DNA of 64,000 nt from TPA_inf: Saccharomyces (GCA_000146045.2 BK006934.2:384001-448000), one strand, 5' to 3'. Counted from the first letter of the stretch, positions 33,549 to 45,178 are shown. Translations and numbers: made by a program. The notes: a model not told the origin generated them from the letters alone.

Positions 33549-35063
33549 ATGAATAAATTTGACGAGTTTATAGAGTCTAATGAGAAGGATTTGGATGTGG
33601 ACACCAGTACCCGAAATAGTATAATTTCGATGTCACCTGTGAGGAAAACTGGACGAAAGATTCGTTCTGCTAGTTCCAATGGATATAGGCTAGAACACCA
33701 TCGTACGTCCAGTGCGGGAAGCATGCATTCGCAAAGACTAATGACGCCTACCAGATTAAATGACCAGGACCATCCCTTACAAGCCAAGCCAGATGCTAGG
33801 AGGGTGGTAACTCGTCATTCTTCTGTCTCAGTTCCAAATGCAATGAGCAAGAGAAGATCACTTATTCAACCCATGGTTGTTCCCACTACACCAGAATCTC
33901 AAAACAACTTACCTTCAGTAAGTCATTCTGAGGGATCCTATGGAATCCCATTAGAGTCAACCACTGTACTTTCTAGTGAGCAAGCGATGGCCAGCGGACT
34001 TCGACGGTCTAGAAATGGGAGTTCGCAGTCGGTTAATAGTATGATAGCGACCACCATACCAACAAATGGGGTCGATGTAAGTGCGCTTCTACAATCTCTC
34101 GCTACAAAAGAGTTAGAACTTCTGGAATGCAAACAAAAGATTGAAGATTTGAAAAAGCAAACCCAGCATGAAGAGCAAAACTATACTCGTCGGGCACGTG
34201 AACTGCATGAACTCAAGGAGCAAGTGAGTAAACATTTGGATCCCTCTCTAAATACACCTGTTAAAAACCGGGCTTTTTCACCGGTTTACCAGAATATACC
34301 TTTGGAATCACGAACTGAAAATGCTGGTAACAGCAGCCTTCCTAGTTCTGTCAGTAAACCAAAGAACATGGGTCATCAAAGTACTAATCAGTCAAGATCT
34401 GTGTCTCCGCAAGATATTCAAGAAAGGCGCCAAAGGGACGACTCGTCAGATTCATCCAAACAGTCACTTTGGAGCAAACCATTAGCTCTGTTTAATCAGT
34501 TTGATAAAATCATTCAGCATGAAATTGAAAGAACTCTGAATTGGGATGACTCTCTTTCAGGTACGCCTGAGGTACAGGAAGGGACACCGACTAGTAATAG
34601 CGAGTCGTCCGCGCAACAGTACGATAATGAAGCACCTGGAGCTCGCCAAAAATCTCCTTCGCAAGGATCAGTCTCCAGGTCGCTTTGGAGCTTTGTTAGC
34701 GATGTCAAGGCCGGATTACTCGGTATAGAAGAAGAAAACGATAATGATGTTATTACTGATAACAGATGTGATCCTGTATATAAAAGCGATAGACAGCATG
34801 AACAGAAAAAAAGTACACATAAAATTACGAACCGGGGGCAAGCAGAAGATAGTGGCGACGATTCTAGTTTAAACATGAGGAAATTTAAAACGACAACTAA
34901 GTTCCAGAAAGACAATGCTGGGAATAATAGTCTCACAGATGAAAGTGGACATCGAACACGAGAAAAAAAAAGTAAAAGAAGTAGTAACAAGCTAAGTTTT
35001 ATTGGAGAACCCGATAATGATAATTCCTCCGTCAAAAACTCAGTTGAAATGACAGACTTCTAA
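33549..35063 (+). CDS. TDA11: Tda11, function unknown, 504 aa. Ser-rich, disordered, one central coiled coil.
   Basis: The length and position. Composition only. Confidence 0.8.
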   Translation: MNKFDEFIESNEKDLDVDTSTRNSIISMSPVRKTGRKIRSASSNGYRLEHHRTSSAGSMHSQRLMTPTRLNDQDHPLQAKPDARRVVTRHSSVSVPNAMSKRRSLIQPMVVPTTPESQNNLPSVSHSEGSYGIPLESTTVLSSEQAMASGLRRSRNGSSQSVNSMIATTIPTNGVDVSALLQSLATKELELLECKQKIEDLKKQTQHEEQNYTRRARELHELKEQVSKHLDPSLNTPVKNRAFSPVYQNIPLESRTENAGNSSLPSSVSKPKNMGHQSTNQSRSVSPQDIQERRQRDDSSDSSKQSLWSKPLALFNQFDKIIQHEIERTLNWDDSLSGTPEVQEGTPTSNSESSAQQYDNEAPGARQKSPSQGSVSRSLWSFVSDVKAGLLGIEEENDNDVITDNRCDPVYKSDRQHEQKKSTHKITNRGQAEDSGDDSSLNMRKFKTTTKFQKDNAGNNSLTDESGHRTREKKSKRSSNKLSFIGEPDNDNSSVKNSVEMTDF

Positions 35064-35220
35064 TTCCTTTTTCAAAATGACGTTTATTCTTCACTTGTCA
35101 CTCTTTTTACGTATAGCTGTGAACGCAGTATGTAATTTAATACTGTTTTCTCTTGAAAGTGGTTAAAAAGTGTTATATATCTGAAATTCATGGTTTAAAT
35201 TAAAGAAATTTCAAGGCCCG

Positions 35221-36072
35221 TTAAGCAATTCTGTCTTCAACATCATGGAACTCAAGACCAGCCCAGTTTCCTGAATTCTGAAAACAAAAACCTACGTGTT
35301 TTTGAAGGTTTCTTTCTGTACCGTTATCCTTCTTTAAAACTATAGAACCATCACTAATGCTGCCCATCAGCCCCATAAACTTTGAACTGTTTAGTCTTTC
35401 TTTTACATCTTTATTGGCACTATTATTATCGCAAAACTCAATTATATCGGAAGCCAAACCTTTCATGGCAGTTTCTTCATCTTCCAGACTCGTACCTGAA
35501 TTTTCCTCTTCTGTATGGACATCTTCTTCCAAACTACTGGCTTCCAGTTCCGAAAATTCAGCATTAATTAAAGAATCAATGTGGCTGTTGATAGGATGTT
35601 CTAAACCTGTTGTCTTGAATATCTGATGGTCAACCACAGGGAAGGAAGCAATGTTAAAGTTTTTCTGTGAATAAAAGCCTAAGGGAAAATCTGTCTGAGA
35701 TGTCCGTAGCCCGTTGTTTATATTAAGATTCGCGATTTGATTTTCGATGGGCGGTTCAACATTCTTAGGGAAGTTATATCTAAAATCCTTGGCCCAAGAA
35801 GTTTCATTGTCATTTAGATTTGGCGCTTCAAATTTGTAACTTTGATCCTCTAAGGTTCTAGGACGAATATTTACGTAGGACCGTGATTGATTCAAATCTT
35901 CTGAGTGTTGTAGAAATTTCAGCTCAATTTTATCCTTCAGAATCGGTGGTGAATTCAGTCTGCTCCCGATTTTGTTAAAAGAGAGCGTATTGTCCCTGCC
36001 CGTAAAAGGCCCCTTTTCTGTACTACTAATAAATTTATTCACCTCATTCGTTTGGCATCGGTTACTATTCAT
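35221..36072 (-). CDS. PEX18: Peroxin Pex18, a Pex7 co-receptor for PTS2 import, 283 aa.
   Basis: The length and position. A WxxxF-like motif (WAGLEF) near the C-terminus. Confidence 0.8.
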   Translation of the reverse strand: MNSNRCQTNEVNKFISSTEKGPFTGRDNTLSFNKIGSRLNSPPILKDKIELKFLQHSEDLNQSRSYVNIRPRTLEDQSYKFEAPNLNDNETSWAKDFRYNFPKNVEPPIENQIANLNINNGLRTSQTDFPLGFYSQKNFNIASFPVVDHQIFKTTGLEHPINSHIDSLINAEFSELEASSLEEDVHTEEENSGTSLEDEETAMKGLASDIIEFCDNNSANKDVKERLNSSKFMGLMGSISDGSIVLKKDNGTERNLQKHVGFCFQNSGNWAGLEFHDVEDRIA

Positions 36073-36372
36073 TGTTTGTATTTTATATCATTTGTCCATT
36101 GAAGTTTAGACAAGTATCAAATACCCAGTTTTCGTCTTTTCCCTTATATAGGTCGTCTCGGAAATAACAATATAAACTCCATGGTGCGGCGCTATCGAAA
36201 TCTTTTGTTGGCGGGAGGAATTGAAGACAGTAAGATGTAAGTATTACATACTATAGGACAAATGCAAAATATGTACAAAATGGCAAAAATTACATAGCTC
36301 TTCCTTACAACTATATATAGCTATCCAAAGATGCACTTGAGTACTCCCTTACATACCTGATTATACTAGATA

Positions 36373-38286
36373 TTACATATCAATTAAATTGAGGTTGTTA
36401 GCATATTGGTTTCCTAAAACTGGTTGCTGTGTTTGAGACTGTTCCGGTTGTGGTTGCTGTTGTGGATAGAAAGGGAAATTTTGAGGTTGAACTGTCCCAG
36501 TTATATTTGTAACAGGGTTGGCTCCTGCAGTTGCAGGCACATAATAACCCTGTTGTGGTTGCTGTTGTTGCTGTTGCTGTTGTTGCTGTTGCTGTTGTTG
36601 CTGTTGTTGGAGATGATTCTGAGTGTAGTGAGCCTGAAATTCCATTTTATCAAAACGCTGAGGAATATTCATCGATCCCTGCATGCTAGTAGGGGTTGTC
36701 ATAACGCTATTGATCGAGCTCAAAGGCATTTTTTGTTGTTGAAATTGTTGTTGATTGTACGTTTGGTTTTGAAAAGGGTTACTTATTATCTGTTGTTGTA
36801 GCGGCATATTGGTATTTTGTTCATCAAAGTTTGGTCGTGAAAATGGGTTATTTAAGACATTTTCGTGTGCAGGATTCCCTGTTGCGATCGTCGCGGCGTT
36901 GTGCAATGCGAACGGGTTGTTAGAACCAGTTTGTGAATGAGAGACTTGTTGATTAGAAGCGGCAGTTGTATCCTGTGAAACGGAGTATCCTCCAAACCCT
37001 GCACCTGTAAATGTGGGTGTTAAATGGTTGTTAATCGAATAGTACCCCGTTTGTTGGGCACTTACGCCAGCATCTTGTACAGGGTTGAAGTTCACTGTGT
37101 GTTGGACCGCTGCATATTCAGGAACGTTTAAATTTGCGGGCTCTGTATGAGCGGTTGGTGTATTCATCACCTGTGGCTGAGTTTGAGATACAAATGGGTT
37201 ATTTGCGATCTGTTGCGTTTGATTAGCCACAGCCATTGGAATGTTAGTATGCATAGAAGAGTCTGTTCCAAACGGGTTGTAAGATTGAGCCGCCGTGACA
37301 GTAGTTAGAGCAGGGGAAATCGCTACTTGTTCGTTTTTCAATTGTGCCTCTAGTATCCTTTTTTGTTCCCGGATTTGCTCCAACCTTTCCTGTGCAGTAG
37401 ATTTGGCTACTACGGCCCCAGCACTTCCTTGAGAACTGTCAACGGGCACAAAAGTGTTGTGCGTCTTATCATCCTCTATCAGATGTTCTTCTAGCGATCT
37501 GACCAGTTTGGTAGTGATATGCTTGATGACGGGTATTTTCAAGCCCGCAGTCTTCCCGCTCTTCAAGTACCTGACAACGTGCTCGGTCAAATCAACAAAC
37601 GTCTTGTACAGGTCTAGAGTTCTCTCTGCATTATGATGAGATAGTTCGAAAAAAGACTCCAGCAGAGTTATGATACCTTCGTTGAGAGCATTATATAGCG
37701 CTAGCAGGTCTTGAATAAGCAGCTTGAAACCAAATATGATCAATTCGTTACTCAAATCATATTGTGTATACTTGTTTTTAATCAGGGCTTGTATTTGTAC
37801 CTCTAGGGACTCCACATGATCTAGTGCTATATTGATAGAGTGTTGCTTGTTTCTGGAGCTTCCGTAATTGCCACTGTTCAGCTTCAGTGTTCGATAGCCG
37901 TCTCTCACATAGTCCTTTTTGATTTTACCAAACTCCCTGCATCTCACCTTCAGATAATTATCGTATCTATCAAGTGCCCTCATGTCTCCAGACGCACTGC
38001 CATTGGAGCCACGTATGTTTTCAATGTCAAAAAACTCCAGGTTCCTAGAGTAGTACCGCAATGCAACATCTTTGGAACCCTCCCTTATCATCAAATGAAC
38101 CACCAACAGCGATTTATACACAATAGTCCACGCCGTGTCATTAATTCGGGAATCCAAACCCTTCACGATCTCATAGAAATCCTCTTCATTGCTGGTCCCC
38201 AACAGTATCGGATCCAGATACTTCTGTTTGGGCGGGGCTGACTTGATCTTGGTAGCACCTTTTACCAACTTGAAATATGTTGTCAT
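36373..38286 (-). CDS. YAP1801: AP180-family clathrin assembly protein Yap1801, 637 aa. N-terminal ANTH domain, C-terminal Q/N/P-rich region with NPF motifs.
   Basis: ANTH-domain N-terminus (KGATKIKSAPPKQKYLDPIL...), NPF repeats (NNPF, SNPF, NPFG). The length matches. Confidence 0.9.
   Translation of the reverse strand: MTTYFKLVKGATKIKSAPPKQKYLDPILLGTSNEEDFYEIVKGLDSRINDTAWTIVYKSLLVVHLMIREGSKDVALRYYSRNLEFFDIENIRGSNGSASGDMRALDRYDNYLKVRCREFGKIKKDYVRDGYRTLKLNSGNYGSSRNKQHSINIALDHVESLEVQIQALIKNKYTQYDLSNELIIFGFKLLIQDLLALYNALNEGIITLLESFFELSHHNAERTLDLYKTFVDLTEHVVRYLKSGKTAGLKIPVIKHITTKLVRSLEEHLIEDDKTHNTFVPVDSSQGSAGAVVAKSTAQERLEQIREQKRILEAQLKNEQVAISPALTTVTAAQSYNPFGTDSSMHTNIPMAVANQTQQIANNPFVSQTQPQVMNTPTAHTEPANLNVPEYAAVQHTVNFNPVQDAGVSAQQTGYYSINNHLTPTFTGAGFGGYSVSQDTTAASNQQVSHSQTGSNNPFALHNAATIATGNPAHENVLNNPFSRPNFDEQNTNMPLQQQIISNPFQNQTYNQQQFQQQKMPLSSINSVMTTPTSMQGSMNIPQRFDKMEFQAHYTQNHLQQQQQQQQQQQQQQQQQPQQGYYVPATAGANPVTNITGTVQPQNFPFYPQQQPQPEQSQTQQPVLGNQYANNLNLIDM
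36550..36609 (-). repeat. CAG/CAA trinucleotide repeat encoding QQ-P-Q17 inside YAP1801.
   Basis: The plus strand reads (CTG/TTG)n, uninterrupted from 36559 to 36609. Confidence 0.9.
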
Positions 38287-39071
38287 CTCGCCTCAATCGA
38301 AATTTATACTCTAGTATCTGCGATATCGAACAGTCCCTTTATATTTACGAGACAGGTTTTGTCCTTCCTCCCCCACCAAAAAGACGCTATAAAATACTAA
38401 ATATATCTAATATCGCTACTGCTCAATTCACCTAACGAATGATTACCACCAAGCATCAACACCATGTGCATACCATACCGCTAACTAAACTCACCAACGC
38501 TGGAAGCCTGAATACCAAGTATCGAACTGAGGCCCCTGTGTTACCAATCCGTAAAAAGTGATGGAACCCGCCGCTCGCTTCCAAGAGTTATCATCATATT
38601 CTTCATCATATTCTTCCATACTTAAGGTGGGTAGCGAGGACCCCTCAATTCCCCCACCTCTCTGCCAGGGCGTCATCTTTTTCTACAAAAGCCAGGCTGA
38701 GTCACGTCAGTTGCTGACCCTGGGGGCTGCATTGTTTCCTACGAATTACTCATTTGTTTCGTGCGCTTTCCTATTGCGCGCATGACTAGGATGGAAAAAA
38801 AAAGAAGAAAAAGAAAAGCGTTGAGTATATAATAAGAAAGAAGAAAAAGTCCGAGAGAAAAGAAGCACAAAGGTTTTTCCTCGAGGAAAACAGTAAAGTT
38901 TGATACGCACATCGTTGACATCGCTGACTGCAATAGGAAACTGAAATAGACGGCAAACCATTAGTTCATTCGAAAGAACGTATTGTCGAGAATTATCACT
39001 CACTATATCAGAAAATTGACACACGAATTATATAAACGAAGTTATACAGAAAAAGATTAAAGAAAAGAAAA

Positions 39072-39461
39072 ATGTCTACATCATCCGTACGTTTTGCATT
39101 TAGGCGGTTCTGGCAAAGTGAGACAGGCCCCAAGACGGTGCATTTCTGGGCTCCTACTTTGAAATGGGGTCTGGTTTTCGCTGGATTCAGCGATATGAAG
39201 AGACCGGTGGAAAAAATTTCTGGTGCTCAAAATTTGTCGCTGCTATCTACTGCGCTGATTTGGACTCGTTGGTCCTTTGTCATCAAGCCAAGAAACATCT
39301 TGTTGGCTTCTGTCAACTCGTTTCTTTGTCTGACCGCTGGCTATCAATTGGGTAGAATTGCCAACTACAGGATACGGAATGGCGACTCTATATCGCAATT
39401 GTGTAGCTATATTCTCAGCGGCGCCGACGAAAGCAAAAAGGAAATTACTACGGGCAGATAA
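39072..39461 (+). CDS. MPC2: Mitochondrial pyruvate carrier subunit 2, 129 aa.
   Basis: MPC-family sequence (FWAPTLKWGLVFAG...). The length matches. Confidence 0.85.
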   Translation: MSTSSVRFAFRRFWQSETGPKTVHFWAPTLKWGLVFAGFSDMKRPVEKISGAQNLSLLSTALIWTRWSFVIKPRNILLASVNSFLCLTAGYQLGRIANYRIRNGDSISQLCSYILSGADESKKEITTGR

Positions 39462-39723
39462 ACGCCGAATTTACAACTCGAAACTTTGCTTTGTCAAAGA
39501 TATGTACGTAAGCATATATATCCGGATTGTATAATATTCATAAAATAGTAAAGTATATTTTCTTTGCGCGGTGTTATAATTTGCTCTTTTGCATTTTTCC
39601 GTTTTTTTCTTACCTTTTTATCCCCGACAATGGTAATAGTGGTATATTATATAAAGAGGAAAGGCCTCGAGGATAATAGAAGGCAATGCACCATCAATTG
39701 CTTTACCCCTGGTCCGCGACCAA

Positions 39724-40473
39724 ATGGTGACAGTCGGTGTGTTTTCTGAGAGGGCTAGTTTGACCCATCAATTGGGGGAATTCATCGTCAAGAAACAAGA
39801 TGAGGCGCTGCAAAAGAAGTCAGACTTTAAAGTTTCCGTTAGCGGTGGCTCTTTGATCGATGCTCTGTATGAAAGTTTAGTAGCGGACGAATCACTATCT
39901 TCTCGAGTGCAATGGTCTAAATGGCAAATCTACTTCTCTGATGAAAGAATTGTGCCACTGACGGACGCTGACAGCAATTATGGTGCCTTCAAGAGAGCTG
40001 TTCTAGATAAATTACCCTCGACTAGTCAGCCAAACGTTTATCCCATGGACGAGTCCTTGATTGGCAGCGATGCTGAATCTAACAACAAAATTGCTGCAGA
40101 GTACGAGCGTATCGTACCTCAAGTGCTTGATTTGGTACTGTTGGGCTGTGGTCCTGATGGACACACTTGTTCCTTATTCCCTGGAGAAACACATAGGTAC
40201 TTGCTGAACGAAACAACCAAAAGAGTTGCTTGGTGCCACGATTCTCCCAAGCCTCCAAGTGACAGAATCACCTTCACTCTGCCTGTGTTGAAAGACGCCA
40301 AAGCCCTGTGTTTTGTGGCTGAGGGCAGTTCCAAACAAAATATAATGCATGAGATCTTTGACTTGAAAAACGATCAATTGCCAACCGCATTGGTTAACAA
40401 ATTATTTGGTGAAAAAACATCCTGGTTCGTTAATGAGGAAGCTTTTGGAAAAGTTCAAACGAAAACTTTTTAG
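39724..40473 (+). CDS. SOL3: 6-phosphogluconolactonase, 249 aa.
   Basis: Glucosamine-6-P isomerase/6PGL-family sequence. The length matches. Confidence 0.9.
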   Translation: MVTVGVFSERASLTHQLGEFIVKKQDEALQKKSDFKVSVSGGSLIDALYESLVADESLSSRVQWSKWQIYFSDERIVPLTDADSNYGAFKRAVLDKLPSTSQPNVYPMDESLIGSDAESNNKIAAEYERIVPQVLDLVLLGCGPDGHTCSLFPGETHRYLLNETTKRVAWCHDSPKPPSDRITFTLPVLKDAKALCFVAEGSSKQNIMHEIFDLKNDQLPTALVNKLFGEKTSWFVNEEAFGKVQTKTF

Positions 40474-40609
40474 AAAAGACACACATGCGAGCTTTCGAAC
40501 CTCAGATGCTAATATTACGTGTTATATATACCAAACTTTATAAAATGACATAGATATTTTATGCTGTGATAGCTTTCCTGTTATGGAGAAGCTCTTCTTA
40601 TTCCCCCTG

Positions 40610-43600
40610 TCAACTTTCATACTCTTGTAGAATTTCCTTTATGATAGGTTTATCGCTTACGAATTTAGACTTTGATGTGATGGGTTTGGCACCTGTTCTT
40701 TTTCCACAACCTTTGCGTGCCTCATCAATAGCGTTTGATCTGTCGGGAAATTTGTATTTGTAGAGTGCATCCTTGCACATTGTATAGACCCAATTACGCT
40801 CTTCTAACAGGTTCACGAACGATTTTATTTCAGGAACAGAGCCGATTGTACTTTTTGAACCTATAATGATCAGCTTGGATTTGGCCCTTGTCATGGCAAC
40901 ATTGACTCTTCTTAGCTCTTTCAGCAGCGCTCCTCCATTTAATTGAGAATTTCTTCTAACCATGGAAATAATAATGCACTTTTTGTCACGACCTTGAAAC
41001 TGATCAGCAGTCAAGATCTCTAGCCCGTCATACACATTTTTGTTGAATATCTTCTTCAGTAATCTTAACTGTGCTCTGTATAACGTCATTACACCAATAT
41101 CTTCGCATGGTACGCCGCTCAATAACATTCCTTCCACACATTGTAGAGTCAATTCTGCCTCCCCGTGATTCGTAATGTTATCCTTTTCGCTTTGTTCGAT
41201 AATATCCGGGCAGTTATCGTAATTTAAAAATACCACTTTTCTTGTAGGCTCTAGTATATCCTCAAGCCACTGCTTAGAGTTAGCCGATTCATTCCTATAG
41301 CGCGACAAGGCCTCAGGCATTGGTAACTCTAAAGATTGAGCAAAAACTTCGTTATTCCCGCATTTTAATTTATTATCATAAATTAGGAAATTAGACAAAG
41401 TTACAATATCGCCGCACATACGGTACTGTAAAGTCAGTTCTGCAACGCTTTCCGGATGCTTTTCACAGAAAGTCTTGAACAGTGACTCTTCTAACCCACC
41501 TAATCGAGCTGCGTCATTTTTAACTAATGGCGGTAGCTGGTAATGATCTCCTACCATAATAAACCTATTTCCATACCGCAGAGGTCCCAAAGCGACAGGC
41601 ATTGAAATTTGACTTGCCTCGTCCAAAATCACATAATCAAAATCCTTTTCATTTAGTGTAAATAGTATATCGTTAATTCCTAAGCAGGTGGTAGCAACAA
41701 CAGAGGTGCTGTTAATTTTGGACAAATAATCGTTATAACTTTTCACTGACGCGTAATTCGGGACATATTTTTGCGTGTCAGGATGGACCTTATGTTTCAT
41801 TCCCAATCTCATTATGCTAATGTTGGTGTTCCTCAATTTTATTAAAATATTATCCACTGCTGAATGTGTGTATGATGTCAAAAGCACGCGTTTCCCCTCG
41901 GAAACGAGAATTTTAATAATTTCTGCGATAACAGTAGTCTTACCAGTCCCTGGCATTCCCAATATCAATGCATAATCTTCGGCCCTCATTACTTTGTCTA
42001 TTGCTTCTTTTTGATTCAAGTTCAATGTTGTATCCTTTGAAAGCTTATACGGAATGACGGGATCATCATTTGCATCTCTAAACTTAGGTGCTCTATTATC
42101 AACTAAAAGTGATCGCAGTATTTCATTACCTCCATCAGATCTCTTTGTCTTCCGACATAATTTACTCCTTTCGTCAACAATATCCACGCCAGGTGAAACA
42201 GCTGGTAAAAACAAGCTTAAAAGATTAAATCGCGCTAAAGACAAACTCTGTTGGATATCATTTTTGTCGATTCTATATGTGACCAAATTTTGGGTAGCTA
42301 TGAGACTGGATTGTTCTAGCTCTGATTCGACCACACTTTGGATGGTAGTGACTCCTTTTTCCTTATCTAGAAGCCTATTGTTTAATAACTTTCGTTTTAC
42401 GGAGATACCAATTTTAGCGGGATTTATAAATTGTACACGACCTTGGCACAAGCAAAAATGACCCTCCTCATCACTAATAATAACAAAGTCATTAGCAGCA
42501 ATTTGAGATGATAACATCGACTGCGAGTTATTATCATTTCTACGTCTTGAGAAGCAATATATATACGCTCCCTCTGTTTTTTCATGTTCAACCACCTCTG
42601 ACACAACCAAGCCAGAAAGGCACCTTCCACTTCTGGATTCTCTTGTGGAACCATCCAATAAGAAAAGTTCTTTATTTACACATGTTATACTTGACTCCTC
42701 CTTAGTTATTAGATCATTATATTTTGTAAAAAACTCTTTGTAGTTGGCGAGATTTTGCGACAAATGGTTTGTCAAAATTTCAAACTCACCTTCTACCAGG
42801 CCACTTTCTTCTGGTGTCCCGTCCTCTAGTAGCTTATTCAACACCATGCATGATTCTTTGATGAAACATGAATCACAAGATGAATCGCGCAGTAAGGGTG
42901 GTAATTCAAACCTTGATTGAGCCTGTCCGAAAACCTCTTGGAGTTGATGCTTAAAATTCATACTCATTCTATTTCGGGACATGAGAATATGTTTAATGGA
43001 GTGCAGAACAGAAGGGAACTTTGTCATATTTTTATCCCTCGTAAAATAAAGAAGAAAAAACTCTATCGGTATCTCATAGCGATCATTTAACAGAAGTGTA
43101 TAAATAAGGCCTTGAACCTCGTATGAAACGCTTCTGGATTTTCCAGTTTTCACTTCTAAAGGAACGATGTGTTTTTTATTGTTTTCAACATTAGCTTCAA
43201 CAGTTGCATCTAGGAACCCTTTAAGACCATATATTGGAGACCAAATGTTTTCTTCAATATCAATCACATTGGATATAGAAATTGGCTGTGTTCTTCTTGT
43301 TCCGGAAATTGATGTGTAGCAACCATAGTTACTTTTCGAAACAAATTTATTGACGAAGTACAAAATGTTTTCAGCATGTTCTTTCATAACTAATTCTTTA
43401 ACGTACTGGATTTCTTCATTACAAATGATAATTGAAAAAGAATAAGTTTCTAACAAAGAATCCAGCTTTTGTATTATGATTTCCATAGAAATTTTATTAT
43501 GCGAGAGCTTGTATTTGATTGAGTCTTGCAATAACTCGTGTACGATATTGCCTAAAGTCATGACAAGGCTTGGTTCTCCGCGGGGATCTTGAAATTGCAT

Positions 43601-45178
43601 TTGCAGAATTGAACGTCTTAAACAACCTACTGAACTTCCGACTGATGTTGCCGAAAATAATACATCAGGGTTTAGCACCAACAGGTTGTCGTTAGCCAGT
43701 TGAGTTTTAGGGTTTTTGTCGTCAGAAAGAAGCCGTTTGTTTTCAATATTTTTCCCTTCTATAATATGTATTACATCCCCAACCTCAAATTCCAAATATA
43801 CCCAAGGATGTCGAACGACAACAGAACTTTGTTCGCCTTTGCCGTCTATACACTCTAGTATTTTTTGCGTTCCAATTTTTGGCAATTCAACACTACGTAA
43901 GCTTACTATTACTAATCGTACTACGCCGTCTCTTGGAGCACCAGACTTAGCTCTGAGAGCATATGCGGATAAAGTGGAATCAGTAGCAATTCTCAAATCG
44001 TCAGAGACCATTTTCTCCACTTTGTCTAAATCTTGTTCAATAGTGTTAGGTTCCACTTGTGTTTGAGTTTCGTTCAATAGTTCAATTAGTGAATCGTCTG
44101 AAAATTCGTCTGAAGAATTGTATTCTATTTTTTCATTTTTTTTAATTCTTTGGCAATTACTGTCTTCTTCATTCTCATAAAATGCATTGCCTGTTTTGGC
44201 TTGATTGTCTACATTTTCATGATCTTCAATTTCTCCTCTCGATTTTGTGTTATCATTCTTCCCACAACTTTCCTGGGCTCCACTTTTTTGATTGGTGTTG
44301 CCTTGAATTGTTATCTGACTCTCACTCTTGCGTTTCTCAACATACTTTTGAGTTAAAATATCTATCAAAGAGTCATCGCCATCGTTGCTATCTCCTGTTG
44401 AATCCATTTTATCTACTTCTTCTGCATTCACCTCTGCTTTTTTTTCAACGTTGGGTGCCTTGATGGGTGAAGATGGCAAATCGCTGAATTTCGTTATCGT
44501 CGGTTTTATAGTTAAATCGCCCTCTATATCATCGAGAATATCATCTATATTACGGAGAGACTCCCTGGTAGATATTTCTGCTGGTTTAGGACGCACTTGC
44601 TCATTTCCATTTTCTTGAATGAGTTGATTTACGTCAGCGTTGGGTACTTGGATATTTGTGAAACTAAGAACAGTTTTCAGTCGATTAGGGACTATAGGTG
44701 TAGAAGAGGGATTTTGGACATCTTCGTAGTCATCAGAGTATTCGGCAGCGCTTGTTGTTTTGTCGGACATATCTCGTTGTAAAGGTGAATATTTCCATAT
44801 TACTTCTTCCATGGGGCCGTCCTCGTCTTGAGTGAAATCGTGATGCCTACTCAAATTAGACATTTCCCGTTTCGGTTTAACTTGTGAATTTGGTAATTGC
44901 TTTACGCTCTTGCTAACTGCTTTGTTTATATCTTTTGTTCTTGATGTATTTCGTACTTGTGAAACGGCTATTGACTTTAGGACACTTGCATTGGATACCT
45001 TGGTGTTCTTCCCATTTAAGTTATTTATAGGAGCAAAAGCATACTTTTTTTTCCTCTTAGTTTGCTTAGATAATATCGCCTTTGAATCATTTTGTATTAT
45101 TTCTTTTTCCTCTGTCTTCTTCGCAGGTGAAACAGATATACTCGCAGACCTCTTGTTCTTCTGTGGCGTTCCGGGCAT
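40610..45178 (-). CDS. DNA2: Dna2 nuclease/helicase, 1522 aa. Start at MPGTPQKNKR. The track ORF begins 13 codons upstream.
   Basis: The Fe-S cluster cysteines (SSCDSCFIKESC), Walker A GMPGTGKTT and the SF1 helicase motifs are visible. The length matches. Confidence 0.95.
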   Translation of the reverse strand: MPGTPQKNKRSASISVSPAKKTEEKEIIQNDSKAILSKQTKRKKKYAFAPINNLNGKNTKVSNASVLKSIAVSQVRNTSRTKDINKAVSKSVKQLPNSQVKPKREMSNLSRHHDFTQDEDGPMEEVIWKYSPLQRDMSDKTTSAAEYSDDYEDVQNPSSTPIVPNRLKTVLSFTNIQVPNADVNQLIQENGNEQVRPKPAEISTRESLRNIDDILDDIEGDLTIKPTITKFSDLPSSPIKAPNVEKKAEVNAEEVDKMDSTGDSNDGDDSLIDILTQKYVEKRKSESQITIQGNTNQKSGAQESCGKNDNTKSRGEIEDHENVDNQAKTGNAFYENEEDSNCQRIKKNEKIEYNSSDEFSDDSLIELLNETQTQVEPNTIEQDLDKVEKMVSDDLRIATDSTLSAYALRAKSGAPRDGVVRLVIVSLRSVELPKIGTQKILECIDGKGEQSSVVVRHPWVYLEFEVGDVIHIIEGKNIENKRLLSDDKNPKTQLANDNLLVLNPDVLFSATSVGSSVGCLRRSILQMQFQDPRGEPSLVMTLGNIVHELLQDSIKYKLSHNKISMEIIIQKLDSLLETYSFSIIICNEEIQYVKELVMKEHAENILYFVNKFVSKSNYGCYTSISGTRRTQPISISNVIDIEENIWSPIYGLKGFLDATVEANVENNKKHIVPLEVKTGKSRSVSYEVQGLIYTLLLNDRYEIPIEFFLLYFTRDKNMTKFPSVLHSIKHILMSRNRMSMNFKHQLQEVFGQAQSRFELPPLLRDSSCDSCFIKESCMVLNKLLEDGTPEESGLVEGEFEILTNHLSQNLANYKEFFTKYNDLITKEESSITCVNKELFLLDGSTRESRSGRCLSGLVVSEVVEHEKTEGAYIYCFSRRRNDNNSQSMLSSQIAANDFVIISDEEGHFCLCQGRVQFINPAKIGISVKRKLLNNRLLDKEKGVTTIQSVVESELEQSSLIATQNLVTYRIDKNDIQQSLSLARFNLLSLFLPAVSPGVDIVDERSKLCRKTKRSDGGNEILRSLLVDNRAPKFRDANDDPVIPYKLSKDTTLNLNQKEAIDKVMRAEDYALILGMPGTGKTTVIAEIIKILVSEGKRVLLTSYTHSAVDNILIKLRNTNISIMRLGMKHKVHPDTQKYVPNYASVKSYNDYLSKINSTSVVATTCLGINDILFTLNEKDFDYVILDEASQISMPVALGPLRYGNRFIMVGDHYQLPPLVKNDAARLGGLEESLFKTFCEKHPESVAELTLQYRMCGDIVTLSNFLIYDNKLKCGNNEVFAQSLELPMPEALSRYRNESANSKQWLEDILEPTRKVVFLNYDNCPDIIEQSEKDNITNHGEAELTLQCVEGMLLSGVPCEDIGVMTLYRAQLRLLKKIFNKNVYDGLEILTADQFQGRDKKCIIISMVRRNSQLNGGALLKELRRVNVAMTRAKSKLIIIGSKSTIGSVPEIKSFVNLLEERNWVYTMCKDALYKYKFPDRSNAIDEARKGCGKRTGAKPITSKSKFVSDKPIIKEILQEYES

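Noticed and set aside
36100-36230. Possible oleate response element (CGG...CCG) upstream of PEX18.
   Set aside because: The candidate cggcgctatcgaaatcttttgttggcgg has a CGG at both ends. It lacks the inverted CGG-N15-18-CCG arrangement required for Oaf1/Pip2.
36424-36801. 125-aa plus-strand ORF with an L17 run.
   Set aside because: It is the antisense of the YAP1801 CAG/CAA polyGln repeat.
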